In this document: positions 20,136 to 30,140 of the stretch, one piece after another
Numbering within the stretch: position 1 is the first letter of the stretch
How the letters are laid out: each line of letters starts with the position of its first letter
From: an uncultured Planctomycetaceae bacterium
GTDB taxonomy: Bacteria; Planctomycetota; Planctomycetia; Planctomycetales; Planctomycetaceae
DNA: 64,000 nt
Direction: 5' to 3'
Assembly (NCBI GenBank): GCA_963813715.1
Contig: CAWFAK010000006.1
Span: 50,082-114,081, forward strand
Program-made: the position numbers and the translations under genes
The notes under the pieces: model-generated
Seen by the model: only the letters and a program-made list of their open reading frames with translations
What the model was told of the DNA's origin: nothing
Databases searched by the model: none

Positions 20136-20876
20136 ATGGTGTCTCACATGAATCGATACCTGACGATCCTGACCACACTGACCATCAGTCTGCCGGCTGT
20201 GCTGCTTGGAACAGCTCAACCCGTGACGGCTGAGGAGTCGAGCCCGGTCACGGCCATCGACATCGTGCTCGAGCCCGACGCCACGATGGTCCGGCACGCC
20301 GCGGACGCCAATCAGCGCCTGCTCAAGGATTTCCCCAAGGGCTTCGCCTTGGGCAAGACGCATCACCCGCACATCTCCTGCCTGCAGCGGTACGTGAAGA
20401 CGGCGGATCTCGACAAGGTGTACGAGGCCGTGGGCAAGGTCATCGCTGAGGACAACCCGGCCGCCTGGAAGCTGAAAGCATACAAGTACTACTACATCCC
20501 CTGGAAGGAAATCGGCCTCGCCGGGATTGTGATCGAGCCAACCGACGACCTCATCAAATACCAAAAGAAGCTAATCGACGCCGTCGCCCCGTTCACCGTG
20601 GAGACTGGGACCGCGACAGCCTTCGTCACCACGAAAGAAGACCCCGACATCAACCAGCCGACCATCGACTACGTGACGACGTTCGTGCCGAAGGAAACCG
20701 GCGAGAAGTTCAATCCGCATGTGACGATCGGCCTCGCCACGCAGGACTACCTGAAGAAAATGCTGGACGAAAAGTTCGAGCCGTTCACGTTCTCGCCGAC
20801 GGGGGCGTCTGTTTACCACCTCGGTAACTTCGGGACGGCTCGGCAGCAACTGAAGACCTGGGAGTTGAAGCCCTGA
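20136..20876 (+). CDS. Secreted 2H phosphoesterase (2'-5' RNA ligase-like fold)
   Basis: Two HxS/T motifs (PHISC, PHVTIG) and a signal peptide. Confidence 0.7.
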   Translation: MVSHMNRYLTILTTLTISLPAVLLGTAQPVTAEESSPVTAIDIVLEPDATMVRHAADANQRLLKDFPKGFALGKTHHPHISCLQRYVKTADLDKVYEAVGKVIAEDNPAAWKLKAYKYYYIPWKEIGLAGIVIEPTDDLIKYQKKLIDAVAPFTVETGTATAFVTTKEDPDINQPTIDYVTTFVPKETGEKFNPHVTIGLATQDYLKKMLDEKFEPFTFSPTGASVYHLGNFGTARQQLKTWELKP

Positions 20877-21008
20877 GGTCGTGTGTCGAGAGCGCAAGCT
20901 GAATCAGAGGCAAACCCAGTCCAAAGGAGCAATCAGGCCCAACGGAGTGGCATTCGGCCCGGAGCGCTTCGGGCCCTGAAGTCTTCACCACGCAACTGGA
21001 GGAAAAAC

Positions 21009-22901
21009 ATGCTGAGGAACACGAAGGCTCAGATGATCGCCATGTTGGCGGTCGGTGGGCTGCTGGGCTACGCAGCGTCGTCGAGTCGGATCGACTTATT
21101 TCACAGCGCAAAGGCGGAGCCGTCCCGGCAAGGCGCGAAGGAAAAAACCGCAGGCATCGCCCCGCATCCGTCGACGTCGACCCTTGTCGCCGCCATCAAA
21201 CCCGTCCCGAAAGAAGGCACTTGCTGCGCGGCGGGCTCGGCCAAGAGCCGGCTTGTGGCGCTGGCCAACGTCGATGCCAAACTCGCCAGCCTGCAGGCCG
21301 ACGGCAAGAAGCCGAACATCCTGTTCATCATGGGAGACGACGTCGGTTGGTTTAACATCGGCGCGTACCACCAGGGCATCATGTCGGGGAAGACGCCGAA
21401 CCTCGACAAGCTCGCCCAAGAGGGCATGCGGTTCACCGACTACTACGCCGAGGCCAGTTGCACGGCGGGTCGCGCCAACTTCATCACGGGCGAGATTCCG
21501 CTCCGCACCGGGCTGACGACCGTCGGCCAGGCGGGCGCCGACGTCGGAATGCCGGCTCAGGCTTGCACGATCGCCACGGCCCTGAAAGCGCAGGGTTATG
21601 TCACTGGCCAATTCGGCAAGAACCACCTGGGTGACCTGAATAAATTCCTGCCCACCTTGCACGGCTTCGACGAATTCTTCGGCTATCTGTATCACCTCGA
21701 CGCCATGTCCGACCCCTTCTGGTACTCGTTCCCCTCGGACCCGACTTTCTTCCAGACCTATGGGCCGCGCAACCTCGTGCATTGCTGGGCGACCGACACC
21801 GATGACGAGACGGTTATGCCTCGCTGGGGCAAAGTCGGCAAGCAGCGAGTCGTGGACGAAGGGCCTTTGCGTCCCTTCAAAAACATGGAAGGCCGCCAAC
21901 ACTGGCAGGTCGGACCCCCGGGTTCCAAGTACGACATGGAGACCTTTGACGAAGTGTTGGTCGAAAACACCAATCGCTTCATGGACGATGCCAAGAAAAG
22001 CGGAAAGCCGTTCTTTATTTGGCATAACACCACTCGGATGCACGTCTTTACGTTCCTGTCCCCGAAGTACCAGGAGTCGATGAATTACCAGACGAACTAC
22101 GGCCTGGAAGAGGCGGGCATGAAGCAGATGGACGATTCCATCGGCGCCATCATGAAACACCTGGACGACATCGGCGAGGCGGACAACACCCTCGTCGTCT
22201 TCAGCACCGACAACGGGGCCGAGGTGTTCACCTGGCCGGACGGCGGCATGACCCCGTTCAAGGCCACGAAGGGCACCGTCATGGAAGGCGGCTTCCGCGT
22301 GCCGTGCATCGCCCGCTGGCCGGGCAAGATCAAGCCCGGCACGATTCAGAACGGACTCTTTTCCGGTCTTGACTGGTTCCCCACCATGCTCGCCGCCGCG
22401 GGCAATCCCAACATCACCGACGAACTCCTGAACGGCGTGAAGCTCGGGGATCGGACCTACAAGAACCACCTCGACGGCTACAACCAGTTGGACCTGCTGC
22501 TCGACAAAGGGCCGTCCAAGCGTCAAGAACTCTTCTATTTTGGCGGCCCGCATCTGGGTGCCGTCCGGATCGGCGATTTCAAGTACCAGTTCTACCAGCA
22601 ACCACAAGGCTGGCCCGGACCCAAAACCACGACGGACATGCCCACCATCGTCAATATCCGTCAGGATCCCTTCGAACGGACGCCGTCGATCGGTCAACAG
22701 AGCCTAAACGATCTCGGCGGGGGCTACATGAATGACTTCTATGCGCGTGAGTTTTGGAGGTTTGTGTTTGTGCAGAAAGAGGTGGCCAAACTTGCGCAGA
22801 CCGCCATCAACTACCCGCCAATGCAGGACCCAGCTTCGTTCAACCTGGATGCGATAAAGAAGCAGATCGACGCGGTGATCAAGGCCCACCACGGCGACTA
22901 A
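21009..22901 (+). CDS. Arylsulfatase (CTAGR motif), paralog of 2642-4546
   Basis: KPNILFIMGDDVG, YAEASCTAGRANFITG, GKNHLG, TDNG, EGGFRVP. Confidence 0.93.
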   Translation: MLRNTKAQMIAMLAVGGLLGYAASSSRIDLFHSAKAEPSRQGAKEKTAGIAPHPSTSTLVAAIKPVPKEGTCCAAGSAKSRLVALANVDAKLASLQADGKKPNILFIMGDDVGWFNIGAYHQGIMSGKTPNLDKLAQEGMRFTDYYAEASCTAGRANFITGEIPLRTGLTTVGQAGADVGMPAQACTIATALKAQGYVTGQFGKNHLGDLNKFLPTLHGFDEFFGYLYHLDAMSDPFWYSFPSDPTFFQTYGPRNLVHCWATDTDDETVMPRWGKVGKQRVVDEGPLRPFKNMEGRQHWQVGPPGSKYDMETFDEVLVENTNRFMDDAKKSGKPFFIWHNTTRMHVFTFLSPKYQESMNYQTNYGLEEAGMKQMDDSIGAIMKHLDDIGEADNTLVVFSTDNGAEVFTWPDGGMTPFKATKGTVMEGGFRVPCIARWPGKIKPGTIQNGLFSGLDWFPTMLAAAGNPNITDELLNGVKLGDRTYKNHLDGYNQLDLLLDKGPSKRQELFYFGGPHLGAVRIGDFKYQFYQQPQGWPGPKTTTDMPTIVNIRQDPFERTPSIGQQSLNDLGGGYMNDFYAREFWRFVFVQKEVAKLAQTAINYPPMQDPASFNLDAIKKQIDAVIKAHHGD

Positions 22902-23068
22902 CAGATCGTTGCGATCGAGCGCCCCACACCGGGGCGCTCGTTCGCTGGCTGTTTCGTCAGCTCGTTCACCTGAGATCGCTTCAGTCTGTCACAGTTCGCT
23001 CCATACACATCTTTTCCGCACGGCTCACTCGGAAGCCGTGCCAGTCTCAAACTTCGAGAGGGCTAAAC

Positions 23069-23659
23069 ATGTCGGCATCCCTAGGTCCGGGAGTCGGGCC
23101 GCTCGGCGCCAGCGCAATTCGGCACAGCTGGGGCTGGTTCCTGGCGCTCGGAATTCTCGAAATCATCTTGGGGACGCTGGCCATCGGTGCCACGCTGGTC
23201 GCCACCGTGGTGACGGTCGTCTTCTTCGGCTGGCTGCTGTTGATCGGCGGCATCTCGTCGGTGGTGCACGCCTTCTGGCGGAAGCACTGGCGAGGTTTTT
23301 TTCTCGACGTGCTGACCGGGGTGCTCTATGTCGTGGCCGGCTTTTTCATGGTGGTCGAGCCCCTGGCGGCGGCCGCCCCGCTCACGCTATTGATCGCCAT
23401 GTTTCTGTTGATCGGAGGCATCTTCCGTATCGTCGTCGCCCTGTCAGGTCACGTCGATCACTGGGTCTGGGTGCTGCTCAATGGCGTGGTGACGGCCGCT
23501 CTGGGCATCATGATCTGGAAGCAGTGGCCTTCGTCCGCCTTGTGGGTGATCGGCTTATTTATCGGCATCGAAATGATCTTCTACGGGTGGTCGCTGGTGA
23601 TGTTAAGCTTGATTGCCAAGGGGGCCGTGGCGCCCGCCGCAGCGCCCGCCCGCACCTAA
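23069..23659 (+). CDS. HdeD/DUF308 family membrane protein
   Basis: WGWFLALGILEIILG...WPSSALWVIGLFIGIEMIFYG, about 6 TM segments. Confidence 0.88.
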   Translation: MSASLGPGVGPLGASAIRHSWGWFLALGILEIILGTLAIGATLVATVVTVVFFGWLLLIGGISSVVHAFWRKHWRGFFLDVLTGVLYVVAGFFMVVEPLAAAAPLTLLIAMFLLIGGIFRIVVALSGHVDHWVWVLLNGVVTAALGIMIWKQWPSSALWVIGLFIGIEMIFYGWSLVMLSLIAKGAVAPAAAPART

Positions 23660-23744
23660 CGCACACGAAGGCCGATCCCACGAAATTAACTCCCGCGAAG
23701 ACCAAACATCCGAGACTCGTTAACGGCTTTGGAGAGAAAACATC

Positions 23745-24788
23745 ATGCCCACGCATCTTTTAGCATTGGGGAGCGCCGCGTCGATCGCCCGGCGGCTGGC
23801 CCCGGCCTTCGCGGCCTTCGCCGTGTTCGCCGCATCGATCGCCGTGACCGCCGATGTATCGGTGGCTCAGCAGAAACAACCTGAGACGCAGCCTCCCCAA
23901 CAAGCGCCGCCGACTCCAAGCGCGGCCCCCGGCTCCCCGGTGGAAAAAGCTGGCCCGGCCAACACCAACGAAGCGCACATCCGGGCCGGCGCCCAAGCAT
24001 TCATCAAGGCGTTTAACGCGGGCGACGCCAAGGCACTCGCCGAGATGTGGACGGCCAACGGCACCATCGCCGACGAACAGGGCAACGTCTTCAAGGGCCG
24101 CAAGGCGATCGAAGAGCAGTACGCGGCCCTCTTCAAGGGGCATCCGGGCGTGCGAATGCAAATCGCCATCAAGTCGATCGACTTCCCCACGCCGACGACG
24201 GCAATCGAAGACGGCGTCACTCAACTGATGACGAAAGACAGCGAACCGCCCTCGGCCGCCCGCTACACTGCGGTGCACGTGCATGAGGACGGCAAGTGGC
24301 TGATGGCCAGCGTCCGCGAAGCGGCGATGCCCGTCGCATCGAACTTCGCGCAGCTTCAAGAACTGGGCTGGCTCGTCGGCGAATGGGAGGCCAAGTCGGA
24401 CGGCGTGACCGCTCACTCGCAAACTCGCTGGATCGCCAACAAGAGCTTTCTCCAGCGCACCTTCTCGGTCAATCGCGACGGGATGCAAGTCGCCTCGGGG
24501 ATGCAGATCATCGGCTGGGATCCGCGGAGCGAGCGGATCATCTCCTGGACCTTCGATTCGTCCGGAGGCCATGGCATGGGCGTCTGGAACGCGATGCCGG
24601 AAGGCTGGGGAATCGATTCGACCGGCGTGACGGCCGACGGCGTTCCCACGACGGCCAAGGATCACCTGATCCGCGTGCCCGGCGAGACCAACGTCTTCGG
24701 CTGGCGCTCGGTCGATCGCAAGCTGGGCGACATGAAAGTCCCGGACGTGCCCGAGGTCGTTTTCGATCGCGTTACCTCTAATAAGTAA
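23745..24788 (+). CDS. Secreted NTF2-like (SgcJ/EcaC-type) two-domain protein, paralog of 8643-9584
   Basis: AFIKAFNAGDAKAL...GRKAI...AIEDG; LQELGWLVGEW...GWDP...SWTFDSSGG. Confidence 0.8.
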   Translation: MPTHLLALGSAASIARRLAPAFAAFAVFAASIAVTADVSVAQQKQPETQPPQQAPPTPSAAPGSPVEKAGPANTNEAHIRAGAQAFIKAFNAGDAKALAEMWTANGTIADEQGNVFKGRKAIEEQYAALFKGHPGVRMQIAIKSIDFPTPTTAIEDGVTQLMTKDSEPPSAARYTAVHVHEDGKWLMASVREAAMPVASNFAQLQELGWLVGEWEAKSDGVTAHSQTRWIANKSFLQRTFSVNRDGMQVASGMQIIGWDPRSERIISWTFDSSGGHGMGVWNAMPEGWGIDSTGVTADGVPTTAKDHLIRVPGETNVFGWRSVDRKLGDMKVPDVPEVVFDRVTSNK

Positions 24789-24889
24789 TAACGACTGCGT
24801 GTGGACTGCCGGCGCCGTGTAATCCACGCGTCGGTCCTCCCATCGATCATTCGCAATCATTGGCAAATAATCGCATCAAGGCTCACTCA

Positions 24890-26185
24890 ATGAATCGTAT
24901 GACGTTCAATCGAATGACGTTTTGTGTGGTGATGGCGTTGCTCGTCGCGGCGGAGCCGATCCAACAGGAAGCCTGCGCCCGCGGTTTTGGTGGCGGCTTC
25001 CACGGCGGAGGATTTGGCGGCGGTGGCTTCGGCGGGTACCGCGGAGGCGGATTCGGGGGCGGCTACCGCGGCTTCGGCGGAGGCAGCGTCGGCGATTTCC
25101 GCGGCGGTAATTACGGTGGCTTAGATCGGGGCGTCTTCGGCGGCGAAGGATTTCACCCGAATTACGGTGGATTCAACAGCTTCCGCAGCGGCGATGCCGA
25201 CTTCGGCCAGCGGCAGTCGATCGGCTATCGCGGCAATGACGTCGGCAGTTTCGACAACGGCGTGCGTAACACGGGCAACTGGGGTGGCGACGCCGGGCGT
25301 TGGAACGGCTCCGTGAATCGCGGCCAGCTCAACAGTTTTCTCGGACTGCCGACCGACGGCGGACTGGGAGCGGCCGGCAGCCGGTTCACTAACCGGGCCG
25401 CGCAGCCGGGAACATTTGCGAATCACGCCAGCTCGGACATGCAGAACCACAATCCGTACGGCACGCATCCCTGGTCGCAGACCTGGGCCCATTCGCAGGG
25501 GCACAACGTCCAGAATTGGGCCAACAATCATCCCAATGCCACCAACGCCTGGAATTCGTCGCACTCGTGGGCCTGGACGCCGGCCGGTGTCGACGCGGGC
25601 CTGTGGGCGGCGAGCGCCTGGGACTTCGCGGGCTGGCCAGGCCTGAGCAACTGGCTCGGCTGGGACAACGTCGTTTCGTATCCCTACAACTACGGCCAAT
25701 ACATCACCTACAACGGCGACGACGTCTATTACGGTTCGCAACCGGCCGGCACGGTCGAGCAGTATTACCAGGAAGCCAGCAACCTGGCGGCAACTCCGGC
25801 CCCCGTCCAGACGTCCGCCAGCACCCCGCAATGGCTGCCCCTGGGCATTTTCGGCCTCGTTCAGGGACAGGACCAGAACCAGACCCCCACGCTGACCTTC
25901 CAGATCGCCATCGACAAGGCGGGGACGGTCCGCGGCAATTCGTCGAACCAATACAGCGACGTCCTGCCGATTCAGGGGGCCGTCGACAAGCGGACCCAGC
26001 GCGTCTGCTGGACTGTGGGGACGGACAAGACTACGGTCTATGACACCGGACTCGATAACCTCACAAAGAGCGAGTCGCCCATCCTGGTCCACACCGGACC
26101 CAAGCATACGCAGCAAGAAATGCTCATCCGCTTGAAGCGGCCCGCCGCGCAGTCCGGCAACGGCGCCGTCAGTTCGACCAAGTAG
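24890..26185 (+). CDS. Secreted Gly/Phe/Arg-rich, Trp-rich 'protocadherin-like' planctomycete protein
   Basis: Signal, RGFGGGFHGGG tract, QLNSFLGLPTDGG, YPYNYG...WLPLGIFGLV...IQGAVDKRTQRVCWTVG...GLDNLTKSE. Confidence 0.75.
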   Translation: MNRMTFNRMTFCVVMALLVAAEPIQQEACARGFGGGFHGGGFGGGGFGGYRGGGFGGGYRGFGGGSVGDFRGGNYGGLDRGVFGGEGFHPNYGGFNSFRSGDADFGQRQSIGYRGNDVGSFDNGVRNTGNWGGDAGRWNGSVNRGQLNSFLGLPTDGGLGAAGSRFTNRAAQPGTFANHASSDMQNHNPYGTHPWSQTWAHSQGHNVQNWANNHPNATNAWNSSHSWAWTPAGVDAGLWAASAWDFAGWPGLSNWLGWDNVVSYPYNYGQYITYNGDDVYYGSQPAGTVEQYYQEASNLAATPAPVQTSASTPQWLPLGIFGLVQGQDQNQTPTLTFQIAIDKAGTVRGNSSNQYSDVLPIQGAVDKRTQRVCWTVGTDKTTVYDTGLDNLTKSESPILVHTGPKHTQQEMLIRLKRPAAQSGNGAVSSTK

Positions 26186-26232
26186 TGGCAGAGTCCAAGC
26201 CTGCCCCGCATCTTTGATTTGGAGATTCTCCC

Positions 26233-26877
26233 ATGCTCAAACCGTTCCCCATGATCTGCCTCACCGCCGCGACCATTCCCGTGGTCGGGGCCCTGCTCTG
26301 GGCTCAGAGCGATAAGCCGCCGCGCGAGGCTCACTCAACTCCCGTCGCGGTCGCGATGCAGGAATCCCGCCCGGCGGCTCCAGAGGGTGCTCAGTCCAAA
26401 ACGAACGACGCCGGTTGGGTCGGCGTTATGGTCGAGGACAACAAGGGGCATGGTGTCCGCGTTGAAGGCGTCTTCCCCGGCGGACCGGCGGCATTTGCCG
26501 GCATCCGCCGCGGCGACGTCGTGCTCCGCGTCGGCAGCACCGAGATCAATTCGACGCAGGACGCCGAGACGGCCATCGAACACCTGGCGCCGCAACACGA
26601 GACTGCGGTGACCGTCGAGCGCAACCACAAAGCGGTCGAACTGAAGGTCATTCCGGGCAGCCTGACCGACTTCCGGCACGAGTACATGGCCGAAATGCTC
26701 CGACGCGACCCGCGCGATCCGAAGTTCGGCGCGCACCACGGAGTCAGCCCGGGGGACATGCAGTCCGAACTGGTTCGCCGACTCTTCGAGCAGAACGAGC
26801 GTTTGGACCGATCGATGAACGAACTGACGAAGGAAGTGCACGCCCTGCGCAAGCAGGTGGCCGCGCTGCAGAAGTAG
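26233..26877 (+). CDS. PDZ-domain protein with C-terminal coiled coil
   Basis: GWVGVMV...GVRVEGVFPGGPAAFAGIRRGDVVLRV. Confidence 0.8.
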   Translation: MLKPFPMICLTAATIPVVGALLWAQSDKPPREAHSTPVAVAMQESRPAAPEGAQSKTNDAGWVGVMVEDNKGHGVRVEGVFPGGPAAFAGIRRGDVVLRVGSTEINSTQDAETAIEHLAPQHETAVTVERNHKAVELKVIPGSLTDFRHEYMAEMLRRDPRDPKFGAHHGVSPGDMQSELVRRLFEQNERLDRSMNELTKEVHALRKQVAALQK

Positions 26878-26949
26878 TCGTCAACAGTTCGTCGCGATCC
26901 GGTTCGCCTTCGCTCCACGAATCCACTCACATGCAGAAAGCTGTCTGAA

Positions 26950-27297
26950 ATGACTCGCTCGAAAACCTTCATCGTGGCTTTAGTCGCCGTCGCCGCCCTC
27001 TGGATGTCGCCCGGCGCAGCCCAACAAGATTCCGTCGGCGACCTGGGACTCACCGTCCGCCAGGACGACCTCGACTCCTTCTGGCTGGATACGCACAACT
27101 GGTACTGGTACGGCTATCGCCCGTACACGAAGGCCCATATCAGCCGGTTCGACTCCAGCCTCCCCTCCTGGTCGTCGGCAGCGGCCTCCGCGACCGGCGG
27201 CTACTCGTTCGGCATCAACGAGCCGCCCGGCAATGCTTCCTGGGAAGGCGGACCGAACACGAAGTTCCAGTTGCAGAAGAACGGCACCTGGCACTAG
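26950..27297 (+). CDS. Small secreted hypothetical protein
   Basis: Signal peptide MTRSKTFIVALVAVAALWMSPGAA; host-like codon usage. Confidence 0.55.
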   Translation: MTRSKTFIVALVAVAALWMSPGAAQQDSVGDLGLTVRQDDLDSFWLDTHNWYWYGYRPYTKAHISRFDSSLPSWSSAAASATGGYSFGINEPPGNASWEGGPNTKFQLQKNGTWH

Positions 27298-28700
27298 GCC
27301 GGCTCCGGACTGCGCGTCGACCGTCTTCTCAGCACCAGCGCACGAACCGCGGCGCCGTCCGCGTTTCGGAGAGCAGGATCACTGCGCCGGCCGTCGGTGA
27401 AGTAGGGATCGCCGGTGAGGTTGCGGCGAGGCGCGGCCCGTCCGCACCCGCCGACGCCGTCGACATAGCCCACCGCGTCGATCCGCTCGGCCTCCATCAA
27501 GTCTTCGACGACGTAGTCCCGCGATTCGTCGACGTCGGGATCGATGCGGTGCGTCGTCAGGTTCCACGTCTTGTAGGTGAACCGCACGCCGATGTCGCGG
27601 CTGATCTGGCCGATCCAGACCGGTTTGCCGGCAAAGTGGAGCGTGGTCAGCCAGAGCCGCAGGTGCAAGCGCTCGTTGATCGAGCGCCGGCTCCGCTGCA
27701 GGGCGACGTCCTGCGTGCGGCCGAGCAGATGCAGCGGGCTCACGGGCGAGTAGCGATACTGGGAGCCCAGCAGGAACGATCGCGCCGTCTTCCAGCACGT
27801 CGCGAAGGTGATCGTTTCGCATTCATCCCAGCGAGCGCCAAACGCGCTCAAGATCGTGGCGAACTCGCCGATCACTACGAGGTTCACCGGATCGCCCGTG
27901 CGCTTCTCTGTTTTATTGGTCGTCGCCGCGGGTACCGCCGAGAGCCGCTGCACGAGGGTCGGCAAGTCGCACTCGACCCGTTCTTGGCTCGGATAAATGG
28001 CGTCGAAATTCCGCCGCAGGTAATCGGCCCGAATCCCGGGCACGGCAATCGTGAAGGTGAGATCGACGACCGGTTGCCCGGCGGCCGCGCCCGGAGGCGG
28101 CCGGTACGTGAGGGGGTCGGCCGCGGCGGCCGGCAGCGATGCCAGGTCGAAGGGGCCGCTCGCCGCGTGGAAGCAGGCCCGCACCACCTTGGTGCCGAAG
28201 TCCAGATGCGTGAACACAAATCCCTCGGCCTCGTGCCCGGCGGGCAGCGGGCGGAGGCGAAAGGCGTGCTGCTGAAAGTGCACGTCCATGCGGCGATTGG
28301 CCCGGTACGCCGAGACAAGCTTGAACGGAATCAGCGCCAAGAGCGGCACAAAGAACCAGCCGATCACCCCGAACGCCGACAACCGCTTGAGGATCGAGTA
28401 GTGGTTGACGCCGGCCGCCTCCAGCGGCGTGTAATAATTGCGGTCGATGGTGACCACGTGCAGCCGCAGTTGCGTTTGTGCCCGGTTCACCACGCGCAGA
28501 AAGACGGGCTGGATGCCCCGCCGCGCCAGCGGCACGCCGAACACCCGCTCCGATTCGGCCGCGTCGAGCACGGCCACGGTTACTTGGGCGAGCGGACTGT
28601 CCTGTGTTTGGGCCCGCGACAGGAACTCCCGGTACGACGGATCCGGATCGTAGGCGATCGTAAACAGCCGCTGGAACAGTTGGCGTCCGGGATAACTCAT
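27294..28700 (-). CDS. LssY C-terminal domain-containing protein (probable frameshift near the 3' end)
   Basis: GDPVNLVVIG, YRYSPVSPLHLLGRTQD, RLHLRLW, THRIDPDVDESRD, GDPYFTDG. Confidence 0.8.
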   Translation of the reverse strand: MSYPGRQLFQRLFTIAYDPDPSYREFLSRAQTQDSPLAQVTVAVLDAAESERVFGVPLARRGIQPVFLRVVNRAQTQLRLHVVTIDRNYYTPLEAAGVNHYSILKRLSAFGVIGWFFVPLLALIPFKLVSAYRANRRMDVHFQQHAFRLRPLPAGHEAEGFVFTHLDFGTKVVRACFHAASGPFDLASLPAAAADPLTYRPPPGAAAGQPVVDLTFTIAVPGIRADYLRRNFDAIYPSQERVECDLPTLVQRLSAVPAATTNKTEKRTGDPVNLVVIGEFATILSAFGARWDECETITFATCWKTARSFLLGSQYRYSPVSPLHLLGRTQDVALQRSRRSINERLHLRLWLTTLHFAGKPVWIGQISRDIGVRFTYKTWNLTTHRIDPDVDESRDYVVEDLMEAERIDAVGYVDGVGGCGRAAPRRNLTGDPYFTDGRRSDPALRNADGAAVRALVLRRRSTRSPEPA

Positions 28701-28847
28701 CGTAAGGTTCCGCCGTCCGGCCTCGCGTCAAAACTGCGGCCGAAACCGCGACCATTCGACCCTCGAAATCCGCAGGCACCGATCGTATCGGCACGACGCG
28801 GCGGTTACTATGCGTTCGGCCCCGTTGACCTTTCCGGCTTAATCTCC

Positions 28848-29915
28848 ATGAACGACCCACTGAAATTGGACTCTCGCATGAACACCAATCTCCGCGAGGA
28901 GCAAGTCTGGCTGGCCGTCGGGTCGTTGATGATTCTGGCGACGGTCGCGCTCGCCGGCGGGCTCTTTTACACGCGGGCCGTGATGATCCCTTTCGTGATG
29001 GCCATCTTCATCACGACGGCCGTCTCGCCGACCGTCGACCAGATGGTTGTCCGCTGGCACGTCCCCGGCTGGATCGCCATTTCGCTCTCGCTGATCCTGG
29101 TGCTGGCGATCCTGATGCTCTTGGGAGCGGCGCTCGCGCTCACCGTCCAGACGATCCTCAACACGGCCGACGAGTATTCGGACCAGGTCGCTAAGCTGGG
29201 CCGCCACATGTTCGCGGAGCTCCATTCCCACGGCATGAAGCTGGACGAGGCGCAAGTCTCCAACAAACTGAAGGCGCAGCTGCCCGACCTGATCACCACG
29301 GCGGCCGGCACCGTGACGTCGATCGTCTCCGACGGCATCCTGGTGTTGTTCTTCGTGATCTTCCTGCTGTCCGGAAGAGACCCGCACCAGCGGCAGACCG
29401 GTATTTATGCCGAGATCGAGGCGGCCATCCGCGAGTACATCGTCACGAAGACGGCGATTTCAGCCGTCGCCGGCGTGCTCGTCGGCACGATCCTCTGGCT
29501 GTTGGGATTGAAGATGGCGGCTCTGTTCGGGCTGCTGGCGTTTCTCTTCAACTTCATCCCGAACGTCGGCCCAATCGTCGCCAGCCTGCTGCCGATCCCC
29601 ATCGCCTTTGCCCAGTTCGAGGATCGGCTGTGGATGGTCTTGCTGGTGGTGGGGCTGCCGGGCTGCGTCCACATGACCATCGGCAACTTCGTCGAGCCGC
29701 GCCTGATGGGCCGCGGACTGGAGCTGCACCCGGTGGCCGTGCTGCTGGCCCTCGCCTTGTTGGGCCTGTTGTGGGGCGTGGTCGGAATGGTGCTGGCCGT
29801 GCCGATCGCCGCCATGGTCCGCATCGTGCTGAGCCGCTTCACGACAACGCGCGCTCTGGGCGAGCTACTCGCCGGCCGATTGCCCGGAGCCGAGCCGATG
29901 GCGCCCGTGCTATAG
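28848..29915 (+). CDS. AI-2E family transporter
   Basis: LFNFIPNVGPIVA, GNFVEPRLMGRGLELHP, GMVLAVP. Confidence 0.92.
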   Translation: MNDPLKLDSRMNTNLREEQVWLAVGSLMILATVALAGGLFYTRAVMIPFVMAIFITTAVSPTVDQMVVRWHVPGWIAISLSLILVLAILMLLGAALALTVQTILNTADEYSDQVAKLGRHMFAELHSHGMKLDEAQVSNKLKAQLPDLITTAAGTVTSIVSDGILVLFFVIFLLSGRDPHQRQTGIYAEIEAAIREYIVTKTAISAVAGVLVGTILWLLGLKMAALFGLLAFLFNFIPNVGPIVASLLPIPIAFAQFEDRLWMVLLVVGLPGCVHMTIGNFVEPRLMGRGLELHPVAVLLALALLGLLWGVVGMVLAVPIAAMVRIVLSRFTTTRALGELLAGRLPGAEPMAPVL

Positions 29916-30140
29916 GGCACATCGAGAAGACGATTCCCGACACGGCCGCGCCACTGCTTTCTGTATTGCGGCGGCGGCTTCACCGGCTGGACGCACGCCG
30001 GCCTGCGCATCGTGCAGGGCTAGAACGCTGAGAGTCGGGCCTCATGACGAGCGAAAAGCCGATGTGGTTGGCCTGCTCGCGGCAGCGTCGAACGGCAGGC
30101 TTCTTTTCAATTCCCGATCGTCGCCACACCCTGTCAGCAA

